DNA from: Acutalibacteraceae bacterium
Lineage (GTDB): Bacteria; Bacillota; Clostridia; Oscillospirales; Acutalibacteraceae
NCBI GenBank assembly: GCA_045648445.1
Contig: JAZRNY010000043.1
Coordinates: 354-64,353 of the forward strand
Direction of reading: 5' to 3'
Length of the DNA: 64,000 nucleotides
Positions 28,802 through 39,079 of the stretch are shown piece after piece. Both the position numbers and the translations under genes were made by a program. Under the pieces are notes generated by a model that made no database searches, was not told the DNA's origin, and was given only the letters and a program-made list of their open reading frames with translations. How positions within the stretch are numbered: position 1 is the stretch's first letter; each line of letters opens with the position of its first letter.

Positions 28802-31195
28802 TTATTTTTTTATCGTAGCTATTGTAACACCATTTTCGCCTTCACCAAATGTACCAACCCTAAATGTTTCAATATTAGGATGCTTTCTGAAGTGTGAATG
28901 AACCGCATCTCTAAGTACGCCGGTACCTTTTCCGTGAATAACGGTGACAACATCTATGCCGGATAATATTGCTTCATCGATATAACGATCAACAACCATT
29001 ATACCTTCCATTTTATCCATACCGCGAATATCAATTTCACCGGTAGTTGTACGTTCAACCCTTGATTTCAATCCGGAAACATTGCGCGTTTTTTTACTTT
29101 CTACAGTTTTTTTGTCGTTAGCGGAAAGTTTTATATCACTATAATCAACCCACACGCTAATATTCCCTGTGTGAACATATACTTTTTTGTTCTTTTCATC
29201 AACCTTTGAAACGTTACCTTTTTTGCTAAGAGATGTTACTATAACAACGTCTCCGATAATAGGTGTTCTTGGCAACACATACTCATTGTCAGAATTTTCA
29301 TCAACAGGATCTACAAGGTTTTCGATATCAATAACACCTTTTTTTGCCAATTGTTTGGCCTGTGCAATTCGTTCGGCAGCATTATTGATATTTAACTCTT
29401 TTTTAAGTTCTTCTAACGCATTAAGCAACTGATTAGATTGAAAACGAGCGTTTTCTAAAATCCTTGAAGCATCTTCCCTGCTTTTAGAAATTATAAGTTC
29501 CTTTTTCCTTTCAATTTCAGCAAGATGAGAACTCACTCGTTCCCTTTCTTTGGCAAGTTCTAGTCTTATTTTAGCCGCTTCTTGCTTTTCAAACTCTATT
29601 TCTTTCTTGGTTTCTTCAAGCATAGAAGCAACCTTTTCAAAACGTCTGCTATCTTCATTAATACCGTTTTTTGCATCGTTAATTATATCCATCGACATTC
29701 CAAGTGCACCCGCTATTGCAAAAGCGTTGGACTTTCCCGGAATACCAAACATAAGTTTGTAGGTTGGTTTTAAACTATCTACGTCAAACTCAAAACACGC
29801 ATTTTGAACACCCGGTGTATCAAGCGCATACGCCTTTAACTCTGAATAATGAGTAGTAGCGACAATTTTTGCGCCCAATACGTGCAAGCGATAAAGAATT
29901 GCTCTGGCAAGTGCCGCGCCTTCTATAGGGTCGGTACCGCCACCAAGTTCATCCAAAAGCACAAGTGAATTATCATTTGCGTTATTCAAGATATTAATGA
30001 TATTAACCATATGGGACGAAAAGGTTGAAAGTGAAAGTTCAATGCTTTGTTCATCTCCAATATCTACAAGAATTCTATCAAAAATCGCAATATCACTATT
30101 ACTGTCAACCGGAATTAACAATCCGCACATAGTCATTAAAGATAATAAACCTACAGTTTTCAGAGTTACCGTTTTACCACCGGTGTTCGGTCCAGTAATT
30201 ATTAACGAATTATATTCATCACCAATTTGAACGGTAATAGGAACGATTTTATTTTTATCTATAAGAGGATGACGAGCATTTTTTAGGTAAACTTTACCGC
30301 AATTGTTTATATTCGGCAAAGTTGCTTTCATTTTATAAGCCAAAGAAGCCTTCGCAAATATTAAATTAAGATTAATAAGCATTTCATAAGAAGAACGAAT
30401 TGCTTGAGCAAATTGTGAAGTTTCAGTGGATAAATCGCTTAATATTTGATCAATCTCAGCCCTTTCCTTGGACTGTAAAACCCTTAGTTCGTTATTAAGT
30501 TCAACAATAATCATAGGTTCAACAAATAATGTTGCTCCCGAAGAAGACGTATCGTGGACTATTCCGGGTACGAGGTTTTTATATTCTGATTTAACGGGAA
30601 TAACGTATCTTCCATCACGCTGAGTAACAATTGCTTCTTGAAGATATTTAGATTTGGCGCCATCTTTAATTATTTTATCAAATCTATTTCGAACATTAGC
30701 GGAAGTAGATTTAATTTTTCTTCTGATTTCTGCAAGTGCCGATGATGCATTATCACTCATTTCATCTTCGCTTTTTATACAATATAAAATTTTATCTTCA
30801 AAATATCTATTAGGATATAGTCCGTTAAAAAATTCATCTAAAGCAGATTCATTTTCGCCATTGCAATTTTCACGCCAATTTTTTACTGAACGAATTATAC
30901 GTAAAGTTTCGCTAACTTTAAGCAATTCTTTCATGGTCAAAACTCCACCTGCTTCGCTTCTTGCAAGTAACGAATTTATACCATTGATATTACCAAAAGA
31001 CGGTGCCGAAAATCTAGACATAAGCACGTATGCATCATCAGTTTGTTTTAACAGTTTTTTAACAGTACCAATATCGTTGGATGCAGTCAAAGAAACAGCC
31101 ATAGATTTAGCATCATCCATAGTTGCTTCATTAGACAGTAAAATTAAAATTTTATCAAGTTCAAGAGTTTTCGAATATTTTAATAAATCGTACAC
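28802..31195 (-). CDS. mutS2: endonuclease MutS2
   Basis: 797 aa. Walker A GPNTGGKT, DELGGGTDP, and a C-terminal Smr domain (IDIRGM...VIHGKGTGVLR). Confidence 0.95.
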   Translation of the reverse strand: MYDLLKYSKTLELDKILILLSNEATMDDAKSMAVSLTASNDIGTVKKLLKQTDDAYVLMSRFSAPSFGNINGINSLLARSEAGGVLTMKELLKVSETLRIIRSVKNWRENCNGENESALDEFFNGLYPNRYFEDKILYCIKSEDEMSDNASSALAEIRRKIKSTSANVRNRFDKIIKDGAKSKYLQEAIVTQRDGRYVIPVKSEYKNLVPGIVHDTSSSGATLFVEPMIIVELNNELRVLQSKERAEIDQILSDLSTETSQFAQAIRSSYEMLINLNLIFAKASLAYKMKATLPNINNCGKVYLKNARHPLIDKNKIVPITVQIGDEYNSLIITGPNTGGKTVTLKTVGLLSLMTMCGLLIPVDSNSDIAIFDRILVDIGDEQSIELSLSTFSSHMVNIINILNNANDNSLVLLDELGGGTDPIEGAALARAILYRLHVLGAKIVATTHYSELKAYALDTPGVQNACFEFDVDSLKPTYKLMFGIPGKSNAFAIAGALGMSMDIINDAKNGINEDSRRFEKVASMLEETKKEIEFEKQEAAKIRLELAKERERVSSHLAEIERKKELIISKSREDASRILENARFQSNQLLNALEELKKELNINNAAERIAQAKQLAKKGVIDIENLVDPVDENSDNEYVLPRTPIIGDVVIVTSLSKKGNVSKVDEKNKKVYVHTGNISVWVDYSDIKLSANDKKTVESKKTRNVSGLKSRVERTTTGEIDIRGMDKMEGIMVVDRYIDEAILSGIDVVTVIHGKGTGVLRDAVHSHFRKHPNIETFRVGTFGEGENGVTIATIKK

Positions 31196-31199
31196 CGTA

Positions 31200-31970
31200 T
31201 TACATCCTTATTTGAGATAAAAAATCAAGAGTTTTATATTTATGTTCCGTTTGAGAACAAATATATTTTTCAGTCACTTTAGAAAGATACGCTGCTTTTT
31301 CCGAAGGTATATCAAAATTATAAATATTTTTAAATTCAGAAAAAACAATGTGCCGCATCGCGCTGAGCACGGTGCGGTCTATTGGAATAAATGAAGGTGA
31401 AATATCTTTACAATTTTCGCAATAAAGTTTACCATCCATAACGTTAAAATACATAACGTCTGCTTCAAAAAAAGAACAACCTGCGCAAGCAATTAAATCA
31501 GGCATATAACCCGAAATCACAGCCAAGCGGAGTTCAGTAATTGCTTTAATAAGTTCAGGGTCACGTTTTTCATTCACTAAAAAATGCAACGAATTTAAAA
31601 ATAAACGCAGATATTTATCCCCTTCATCTTCACTCGGCATAGAAAACGCAGCAAGTTCACAAAAATATTGAGCAATACCTAATAAATAAACGTCGCTACC
31701 AACGTCAAAAAAACTTTTAATAGGTTGCGCTTCGTAAATTTTGTATGTATCTCCCGACTTAACAAAAGAATAATTAGCATAACACAGCAAACCGGAAGCG
31801 GAAAATTTTTTATTGGTTATTTTTTTAGATCCAGATGAAAAGGCCTTTATAACACCAAAGTCGCGCGTAAGAATAGTAAGGAGTTTGTCATTCTCCCCTA
31901 CGTTCATTTCTTTCACTACCAAACCGTCCGATGCAAGTCGTTCCTTTGTTGTTATCACTGATTTTTCCAT
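31200..31970 (-). CDS. recO: DNA repair protein RecO
   Basis: OB-fold N-terminus (GLVVKEMNVGENDKLLTILTRDFGVIKAF) and zinc motif CAGC...CENC. The start is uncertain: ATG 31970 or a GTG 4 codons later. The track start at 32039 is unlikely. Confidence 0.8.
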   Translation of the reverse strand: MEKSVITTKERLASDGLVVKEMNVGENDKLLTILTRDFGVIKAFSSGSKKITNKKFSASGLLCYANYSFVKSGDTYKIYEAQPIKSFFDVGSDVYLLGIAQYFCELAAFSMPSEDEGDKYLRLFLNSLHFLVNEKRDPELIKAITELRLAVISGYMPDLIACAGCSFFEADVMYFNVMDGKLYCENCKDISPSFIPIDRTVLSAMRHIVFSEFKNIYNFDIPSEKAAYLSKVTEKYICSQTEHKYKTLDFLSQIRM

Positions 31971-32107
31971 CCTTTGCAGCGCAATACGAAAGATAATCGC
32001 AAACTTTACCAGATGCACTAAACTTTTGCCATAAAGCATCTTGTTTATCCATAAATATCACTCCACTAAAAGTGTTACCCTTTTATAATGGAGATATTAA
32101 CGGAAAG

Positions 32108-33034
32108 TTAATCCAATCCAAACGAATGAATTATACCTTGACGATTTCGCCAATCTTCTTTAACCTTTACCCACAGTTTAAGAGAGGCTCTTATTCCATA
32201 AAATTTTTCAATATCAATACGCGCTTGTGTACCTATTTTTTTAAGCATAGCACCGGATTTACCAATTATAATTCCCTTATGTGTATCTTTTTCACAATAA
32301 ATTGTGGCTTCGACGTTAAGTATCGGCTCACCCTCAGAATTATCTTTCTCAAATAATCTTTCAATACATACAGCAACCCCGTGAGGTATTTCTTTTTGTA
32401 AGCATCTAAGCATTTTTTCACGAATAAGTTCGCAAATCATAACTTCATCAGCCTGATCTGTAACGTCGCCATCTGCAAAATAATGCGGCGATTCGATAAC
32501 ATTTTTCAAACAGTCATCTATCAAAATATCTACACCGTCGCCTGTTACAGCAGATAAAGGTATAACCGACTGAAAATCATAAGCATCCTTGTACTTGCAT
32601 ATTACATCAAGGACTTCCTCTTTATTTTCAAGCAAATCTATTTTGTTTATTACTAAAATAGTTTTTAATTTTCTTTTTTTAAGTTCATCAATTAATGCAA
32701 TTTCTGCAGGAGGTAATGAATTTGTTTCATTTTTAAACTTTGGAGAAGCATCAACAACCAAAACCGCAGCCTCTACGTCAGACATACCGGTACCAACTGC
32801 TTTAATCATTTGCTCGCCAAGAAGATTATGCGGTTTATGAAAACCCGGAGTATCAACAAAAACGAGTTGTTTTTCATCTTTTGTAAAAACGCCCATAATT
32901 CGTGTGCGGGTTGTTTGAGGCTTGTCCGAAACTATTGCGATTTTTTGGCCTACGATTTTATTTATAAGCGAAGACTTACCAACGTTAGGTCTGCCTAAAA
33001 TGGCTATAAAAGCAGATTTTTGAGAATTATTCAT
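32108..33034 (-). CDS. era: GTPase Era
   Basis: 308 aa. GRPNVGKSSL, DTPG, NKID, and a C-terminal KH domain. Confidence 0.95.
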   Translation of the reverse strand: MNNSQKSAFIAILGRPNVGKSSLINKIVGQKIAIVSDKPQTTRTRIMGVFTKDEKQLVFVDTPGFHKPHNLLGEQMIKAVGTGMSDVEAAVLVVDASPKFKNETNSLPPAEIALIDELKKRKLKTILVINKIDLLENKEEVLDVICKYKDAYDFQSVIPLSAVTGDGVDILIDDCLKNVIESPHYFADGDVTDQADEVMICELIREKMLRCLQKEIPHGVAVCIERLFEKDNSEGEPILNVEATIYCEKDTHKGIIIGKSGAMLKKIGTQARIDIEKFYGIRASLKLWVKVKEDWRNRQGIIHSFGLD

Positions 33035-33043
33035 ATGTACTCC

Positions 33044-33526
33044 TTAATTAATAAATGCAAGACCTAATTCTTTCAGTATATCATCTTGTTTTTCGCGCAT
33101 TTGCATTTCTTCAATACCCCCGTTAACGTGGTCGTATCCAAGTAAATGTAACATTGAATGAATAGTTAAAAACGCAATTTCGCGCCTTAAAGAATGACCG
33201 TATAAATCAGCCTGAGCATAAGCATGTTCAGTAGAAATAATTATATCACCAAGTAAACACGCATCAGTTGCAGGATTTTTATCGTACACGCCGTTTTCAC
33301 CTAACGGAAAGGATAATACGTCGGTTGATTTATCAATATTTCTATGAGCCAAATTCAATTCTTTTATCTGCTCGTCATCAACAAAAGTTACATCAACCTC
33401 CGCATTTTCAGCAAAGTTTTCATATGTTAAAGTTGCTTTACAAGCCTGACGTACTAATAGACGAATGCCTGTAGGCAATTTGTGGACTTTTTGTTTGTCG
33501 AAAATATTTACTTTAACGCTTTTCAT
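33044..33526 (-). CDS. ybeY: rRNA maturation RNase YbeY
   Basis: 160 aa with the HSMLHLLGYDH zinc motif. Confidence 0.95.
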   Translation of the reverse strand: MKSVKVNIFDKQKVHKLPTGIRLLVRQACKATLTYENFAENAEVDVTFVDDEQIKELNLAHRNIDKSTDVLSFPLGENGVYDKNPATDACLLGDIIISTEHAYAQADLYGHSLRREIAFLTIHSMLHLLGYDHVNGGIEEMQMREKQDDILKELGLAFIN

Positions 33527-34490
33527 TTTTTTGCCTCATTTCCTCGAATTTTTCATAAGCATTAATAATTTTTTGTACAAGTCTATGTCTTACAATATCT
33601 TTATCGCTAAGTTTTATTATAGCGATATCTTCGATATTTTTTAAAATTTTAATTACTTCTTTTAATCCCGAATTTTTACCATCTGGAAGGTCGGTTTGGG
33701 TTATATCACCTGTTACAATAATTTTAGAATTAAACCCAAGACGAGTCAAAAACATTTTCATTTGTTCTCGCGTAGTGTTTTGCGCTTCATCTAAAATTAT
33801 AAAACTGTTATCTAAAGTTCTGCCACGCATATAAGCAAGAGGGACTACTTCAATATCACCGCGTTCTTGACAGCGTTGAAAACTTTCGGCACCCATCATA
33901 TCAAACAAGCCATCGTACAAAGGTCTTAAATATGGATCAACCTTTTGCTGTAAGTCGCCCGGCAAAAATCCAAGTTTTTCACCCGCTTCAACTGCAGGTC
34001 TGGTTAAAATGATTTTATTAACCTCGTTATTTCTAAAAGCCTTTACCGCCATAGCAACAGCAAGGTAGGTTTTTCCTGTTCCTGCAGGACCTATTCCTAA
34101 CGTGATAGTGTTATTTTTAATTGCATCAAGGTATTTTGACTGTCCGACCGTTTTGGCTTTAACGGGTTTTCCCGAAGAAGTAATACATATACAGTCCGAA
34201 TCGGTAACGGTAGTAATACTACGCTCAGCATTATCATTGACTAAAGATATGGCATAACTTAAACTTTGTTCCGAAATTTCTTCGCCCTTTTTAATCATGT
34301 GTAAAAGCGTATTAATAAGACGTTCTGCTTTTTGAACATTTTCAGGATCACCGTTTAATGTAAGAGTTCCCCCGTGTTGAGTTATTCTAACAGAAAATTC
34401 TTTACTGATTTTTTTAATATTTCCATCAAAATCGCCGAAGATATTAACAATATCTTCGACTCTTTCTATATTCATAGTTTTAGTAAACAA
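33513..34490 (-). CDS. phoH: PhoH-family ATPase
   Basis: 325 aa. GPAGTGKTYLA Walker A, and ILDEAQN. Confidence 0.9.
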   Translation of the reverse strand: MFTKTMNIERVEDIVNIFGDFDGNIKKISKEFSVRITQHGGTLTLNGDPENVQKAERLINTLLHMIKKGEEISEQSLSYAISLVNDNAERSITTVTDSDCICITSSGKPVKAKTVGQSKYLDAIKNNTITLGIGPAGTGKTYLAVAMAVKAFRNNEVNKIILTRPAVEAGEKLGFLPGDLQQKVDPYLRPLYDGLFDMMGAESFQRCQERGDIEVVPLAYMRGRTLDNSFIILDEAQNTTREQMKMFLTRLGFNSKIIVTGDITQTDLPDGKNSGLKEVIKILKNIEDIAIIKLSDKDIVRHRLVQKIINAYEKFEEMRQKNEKR

Positions 34491-34562
34491 ATTATTATTC
34501 TCCTGATTTTTTAGGTTATTATAACATATTTATTAGCCAATTTCTACATTTTTTGCTTAAAT

Positions 34563-35726
34563 TTAGAAAAATTCTATTATTTTTTTCGCGCCTATTTCTT
34601 TAATACAACTAGTGAAATATTCGAAAATATATTCATCGTCTTTTTCTTCTATATTATTCAGTGCAATACTGACGTTTTTAGCGTTGATTTTTTCAAAATC
34701 AGTTATTAAAGAGTTTTTCGCAATGTTTTCTGCTGTTGCTTTATTCAATATAAAATCAGTAGTGTTAATAAATACACATTTTTCATTATGAATTTTAATA
34801 GGAATTTCCCCGCCAAACATCTTTATTTTTTTAAAAGTATAGATCAATTCGTGATTTTGTGTTACTTTGCTAAAATATAACGGAATTTTCAACCCCATTA
34901 TCTCAATTGAATATCTATTTTTTGTTTTACCGATATAGTTTTTTCGGTTTTGAATTTTACTGATATTTACTGTCTTGATTTCTTTAACTTCTGCTAAAAT
35001 TTTTCCATTAGGCTGAACAAAATTATTTCCGTATCCATAATTTACGACCCCGGATACAAGTATTTGATTTTCAAAAACAGTATCACCTATTTTAACATTA
35101 ACACTACCTTTGCTAACATCCAAATGTTTAATAACACCATCACAAGAAGCAACTATATTGTATGGGGATTCTATTTCTCGTTTACTTTCAAATTCAGTTA
35201 TATTAACCTCTAATACACTTCCCTGTTTATTAAGCGAAGCCCATGCAACGTTTTTGAAATTCAAAACAATCTTTTGTTTTAAAACATCTGTATCTATTTG
35301 TTTAACTGCTACGCCCAATCCTACGTTATTTTTATTTAAAAAATCAACTATTTCCGCTTCACTTACTATTTCATTTCCGTTAACTTTAATAAGCCAAACT
35401 CTACTTTCCAAAAAATTTAAAACAAAAAAGAATGCAACAATACCGACTATCAGACCATATCTATACTTATACTTATTTACTATAAGCGGAAACCCTTTGC
35501 GTTTTTTAATTTTAATTTTGATACCGGTGTTTCTTCTCAGAATACGTATTTTTTTAATGTCACGTCGCAATACTGTTATATAAAACTCGCCTTTTTTAAC
35601 GTTCAAATTCCAAAATGATATAGAATTTGCCGCCAGTATATTCAAAAATCTTTCACAATACTCTCCACTTAACTTAAGACTTAAAGTGCCAAGAAAATAA
35701 GAAATAATTTTGCTAAACAAATTCAT
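34563..35726 (-). CDS. yqfD: sporulation protein YqfD
   Basis: 387 aa with one central TM segment. Synteny yqfC-yqfD-phoH-ybeY-era-recO. Confidence 0.8.
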   Translation of the reverse strand: MNLFSKIISYFLGTLSLKLSGEYCERFLNILAANSISFWNLNVKKGEFYITVLRRDIKKIRILRRNTGIKIKIKKRKGFPLIVNKYKYRYGLIVGIVAFFFVLNFLESRVWLIKVNGNEIVSEAEIVDFLNKNNVGLGVAVKQIDTDVLKQKIVLNFKNVAWASLNKQGSVLEVNITEFESKREIESPYNIVASCDGVIKHLDVSKGSVNVKIGDTVFENQILVSGVVNYGYGNNFVQPNGKILAEVKEIKTVNISKIQNRKNYIGKTKNRYSIEIMGLKIPLYFSKVTQNHELIYTFKKIKMFGGEIPIKIHNEKCVFINTTDFILNKATAENIAKNSLITDFEKINAKNVSIALNNIEEKDDEYIFEYFTSCIKEIGAKKIIEFF

Positions 35727-35986
35727 ATTTTACCGCCCTCAAATTCTATTGATGAAATGTTGCCTTCTAACGTTATTGCTTTATCTCTCATCAAAGATAA
35801 AAAAAGTTCACTGCCAAATACCGTCAATGTACCTTTCGGAAGGTTTATTTTTATAAATTCGTTTGCATATTCTTGTATACCGTAGCAACCTTCAACAACA
35901 ATTTTTTTATTATCTATAATTTCTATTCGAGTGCTACCAATTTGATTAGTTTCTAACAGTTTTGAAATTTTTTGAATTTTATCCAT
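35723..35986 (-). CDS. yqfC: sporulation protein YqfC
   Basis: 87 aa. Overlaps the yqfD start. Conserved synteny. Confidence 0.8.
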   Translation of the reverse strand: MDKIQKISKLLETNQIGSTRIEIIDNKKIVVEGCYGIQEYANEFIKINLPKGTLTVFGSELFLSLMRDKAITLEGNISSIEFEGGKI

Positions 35987-36059
35987 AAAACATACCGCCT
36001 TTATTATTTAATATGAAAAAAAATCAAAAGCAATACATAATATATATCGGTGAATAAAA

Positions 36060-37070
36060 TTGAAAAAAACACTTAAATTTATATTTTTATTAATTTTTAC
36101 TCTACTAATAGTATCTGCTGTTTATTTTTGTCAAAATCTTAAAACTGCAGTATACAATTCGTTAATATATTGCGGTTCGAGTTTAATACCATCACTTATA
36201 CCAATGATGTTTATAACTTTTACATTAATTAATTCAGGCGCTTTATTTTGGTTACCTAAACCGCTTGTGTGGTTATTCGTATTTTTTATAAACAGCATAT
36301 CCGGTTATCCTTCAAGCGGTAAAATATACAATAGTTTGGCTAGTACCGGCTTTTTAAAAAAAGATATTGCAGAAAGATTGGTTCCTACTACAGTTTGCGC
36401 AGGTCCTGCATTTATTATAAATTTTATTGGATACGGTATTTTTAATTCAAAATTATTAGGTGTTTTACTGTATGCATCATTAGTTTTATCAAACTTTATT
36501 ATTTTTATTATTCGCGGTGGATATAAATTAAAACTAAGCAAAACATCTGGTGTTTGTACCAATAAACTTATTGTTATTTCTGCTAAAGAAAGTATTGAAG
36601 CAATAACCGGTATATGCTCATACGTAATCATTTTTTCGGCAATTTCCGAAATCATTTATTCTTGTTTTGGAGAAATTGCCAAAACAATATTTATATACAT
36701 AACTGAAATTACCGGAGCAGTAACAAGTTGCGATAACATATATAAAATATGCGCACTTTTATCATTTGGTGGTATTTGCGTATTAATGCAAATATTATCG
36801 TTAACCCCCGATTTAAAATTAAAGGTAATGGATTACTTTAAAATACGATTATTAAGTTGTGTATTTTCTTTAATCATTTTAAAAATTTTATTAACATTAA
36901 TACCAATAAAAATACCTTCGTTCACAAATCTTGAAGGCGCCACAGTTATATCGCATAATAGCGGAAAAACTTATTTTATAACATTAATCTTAACTCTAAT
37001 TACGCTTTTAATCTCATTTAATAAAAATTCAAGTGGAAAATTCTTAAAGGATATAGACGTTTTCGATTGA
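36060..37070 (+). CDS. multi-pass membrane protein, possibly YlbJ-like (nucleoside-recognition/Gate-type) sporulation membrane protein
   Basis: 336 aa, about 9 hydrophobic segments, TTG start with GGTGA RBS. The family assignment is weak. Confidence 0.4.
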   Translation: MKKTLKFIFLLIFTLLIVSAVYFCQNLKTAVYNSLIYCGSSLIPSLIPMMFITFTLINSGALFWLPKPLVWLFVFFINSISGYPSSGKIYNSLASTGFLKKDIAERLVPTTVCAGPAFIINFIGYGIFNSKLLGVLLYASLVLSNFIIFIIRGGYKLKLSKTSGVCTNKLIVISAKESIEAITGICSYVIIFSAISEIIYSCFGEIAKTIFIYITEITGAVTSCDNIYKICALLSFGGICVLMQILSLTPDLKLKVMDYFKIRLLSCVFSLIILKILLTLIPIKIPSFTNLEGATVISHNSGKTYFITLILTLITLLISFNKNSSGKFLKDIDVFD

Positions 37071-37122
37071 CTTAATGAGATATTTGTGCTAAAATTAATA
37101 AAAAATTTTAAGAGGAAGCGTT

Positions 37123-37329
37123 ATGATTTTTAACAAAAAAATAACACCGGCCTGTAAATATTGTCAACATTCGGTGAAACTCGATTTTAACAACGAAATA
37201 CTTTGTAAAAAACGCGGTTTTAACTCTCCTGACGGCTCATGTAGGCATTATAAATACGACGCCCTTAAAAGAGAACCTATGAGAACCACCATTAATTCCG
37301 ACTATAATAAAGAAGATTTCGAAATTTAA
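37123..37329 (+). CDS. small cysteine-containing protein (68 aa), putative zinc-binding
   Basis: CKYC ... C ... C..H pattern. RBS AAGAGGAAG. Confidence 0.5.
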   Translation: MIFNKKITPACKYCQHSVKLDFNNEILCKKRGFNSPDGSCRHYKYDALKREPMRTTINSDYNKEDFEI

Positions 37330-37339
37330 AAAAATATTA

Positions 37340-37368
37340 TTGACAAATATATATTTGTTTGTTATAAT
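37340..37368 (+). promoter_or_regulatory. consensus sigma-A promoter (TTGACA-17-TATAAT) for tRNA-His/tRNA-Gln
   Basis: Perfect hexamers. The -10 ends 13 nt before the tRNA-His G-1. Confidence 0.75.
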
Positions 37369-37381
37369 ACTGCTTGTGTCT

Positions 37382-37459
<78 letters not shown>

Positions 37460-37464
37460 CTTCG

Positions 37465-37493
37465 CCCCTTTTGACAACAAAAGGGGTATTTTT
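37465..37493 (+). terminator. terminator-like hairpin plus T-run between the two tRNAs
   Basis: cccctttt-gacaac-aaaagggg followed by tattttt. Confidence 0.6.
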
Positions 37494-37506
37494 AAACTTA
37501 ATACAT

Positions 37507-37581
37507 TGGGGTGTCGTCAAGCGGTAAGACACAGCACTTTGACTGCTGCATTCGTAGGTTCGAATCCTGCCACCCCAGCCA
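37507..37581 (+). tRNA. tRNA-Gln (anticodon UUG), CCA encoded
   Basis: Acceptor TGGGGTG/CACCCCA, anticodon loop cTTTGac, T-loop GGTTCGAATCC. Confidence 0.9.
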
Positions 37582-37586
37582 ACAAT

Positions 37587-37615
37587 AAAAGGACTGTTAT
37601 TACAGTCCTTTTATT
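37587..37615. terminator. bidirectional intrinsic terminator (tRNA operon / HAD hydrolase gene)
   Basis: aaaaggactgt-tatt-acagtcctttt. Confidence 0.8.
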
Positions 37616-37618
37616 GCT

Positions 37619-38440
37619 TTATATATTAATTGTTCCGTTATCTAAATCATAAATTACCTTAGCGATTGCATTTTTATCATTAGAAATGGTTATGTAATCA
37701 GCGATTTGCTTCAATTCATCAATAGCGTTTTCAACCGCTACCCCAACTTTTGCGGTTCTAATCATACCCAAATCGTTGTTATAGTCACCAATTGCTATAG
37801 TTTTGCTCATATCAACACCTAACAATTCGGCAATTTTGGGTAACACTATACCTTTATCAACGCCTTTAGGCAAAATTTCATATAGCCAACTGTCAGAACG
37901 TATAAAATCAAATTCATCGGCTCTGCTATGATTTTTAAGCATTACAGATAATTTATCAATGTTTTTAGGATTTAAGTCCGCAAAAATTATTTTAGCAATA
38001 TTTTCTTTAACATCATAATAATGTTTTTCAAGATTTTTCAAACCTGTTTGACGTCTAAACTCTTCCATAGCGCTAGTATTTTTACTAAAATACACATTTT
38101 TATATGTACTTATTTGAATGCCGATGTCAGGCATATTTTTATCAATAAATTCTACAAGTTCAAGCACTGAATTATCAATTGGATTAATATATAAATATTC
38201 ACCTTTTTTATAATCGTAAATGCCACCACCATTTATACAACCAAACGGAGCATTTGGCTTAACAACATTATATATGTTTGAAACATAAGATGGCATTCGT
38301 CCTGTAACAAAAGTAAAATAACCGCCATTATTCATAAAATATTCTATTGCTTTAATATTTTCGTTCGAGACTTCGTGATTAGAATTGAGTAAAGTTCCAT
38401 CCAAATCACTACACAATAAAATTCCTTGAAACTTTTTCAT
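37619..38440 (-). CDS. Cof-type HAD-IIB family hydrolase
   Basis: 273 aa. Starts LLCSDLDGTLL, with the C-terminal GDYNNDLGM motif. Confidence 0.85.
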   Translation of the reverse strand: MKKFQGILLCSDLDGTLLNSNHEVSNENIKAIEYFMNNGGYFTFVTGRMPSYVSNIYNVVKPNAPFGCINGGGIYDYKKGEYLYINPIDNSVLELVEFIDKNMPDIGIQISTYKNVYFSKNTSAMEEFRRQTGLKNLEKHYYDVKENIAKIIFADLNPKNIDKLSVMLKNHSRADEFDFIRSDSWLYEILPKGVDKGIVLPKIAELLGVDMSKTIAIGDYNNDLGMIRTAKVGVAVENAIDELKQIADYITISNDKNAIAKVIYDLDNGTINI

Positions 38441-38503
38441 AAATTACTCCGTTTTTTAATAAAAACTCCCTTGAATTGCATTTACAATTCAAGGGAGTTT
38501 ACT

Positions 38504-38581
38504 TGGTCCGAGTGACAGGAGTTGAACCTGCGGCCTCTTGAACCCCATTCAAGCGCGCTACCAAAACTGCGCCACACCCGG
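38504..38581 (-). tRNA. tRNA-Pro (anticodon GGG), CCA encoded
   Basis: The reverse complement folds as a cloverleaf. Acceptor CCGGGTG/CACTCGG (one G-U pair), anticodon loop aTGGGgt. A terminator hairpin lies at 38463-38500. Confidence 0.85.
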
Positions 38582-38594
38582 ATGTTACTAAGGG

Positions 38595-38623
38595 ATTATA
38601 ACACACTCTTAAAAATAATGCAA
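38595..38623 (-). promoter_or_regulatory. sigma-A-type promoter for tRNA-Pro (TTGCAT-17-TATAAT)
   Basis: Minus-strand hexamers. The -10 ends 13 nt before the tRNA 5' end. Confidence 0.65.
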
Positions 38624-38633
38624 GTGTTTTTTT

Positions 38634-38667
38634 AAAAAAAGCCGATGAAAATTTCATCGGCTTTTTT
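38634..38667. terminator. bidirectional intrinsic terminator downstream of ptsH
   Basis: A7-gccgatga-aaatt-tcatcggc-T6. Confidence 0.8.
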
Positions 38668-38677
38668 CGAACCGGAA

Positions 38678-38941
38678 TTATTCAATAAAACCAGACTCAA
38701 CAAGAGAAATAAGTGCATCAAGAGCATCTTTTTCATCGGTACCGTCAGCAATAATTTTAATAGTAGTTCCGCCTACTATACCAAGAGAAAGAACACCAAG
38801 AAGACTTTTAGCATTAACGCGACGCTCGTCCTTTTCTACCCAAATAGAAGATCTGAATTCATTAGCCTTCTGAATAAAGAAAGTAGCGGGACGGGCATGA
38901 AGACCTACCTGATTTTGAATAACAACGTCTTTAACGCACAT
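38678..38941 (-). CDS. ptsH: phosphocarrier protein HPr
   Basis: 87 aa. GLHARPAT (His-15 site) and NAKSLLGVLSLG (Ser-46 site). Confidence 0.9.
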   Translation of the reverse strand: MCVKDVVIQNQVGLHARPATFFIQKANEFRSSIWVEKDERRVNAKSLLGVLSLGIVGGTTIKIIADGTDEKDALDALISLVESGFIE

Positions 38942-39079
38942 AGTTATATCTCCTTAATTTTAATAAATTGTTTTAGTTATTATAACACATTTTATTCAAT
39001 AGTCAATAAATGTTTCTTAACTTCCATTTTTTGAACAAACCAAGAAAAAAATAAGTATAGTTATTTATGCAATTTTACT

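Noticed and set aside
38645-39034. 129-aa ORF antisense to ptsH
   Set aside because: It is a shadow ORF opposite a clearly recognisable HPr gene and starts inside the bidirectional terminator.
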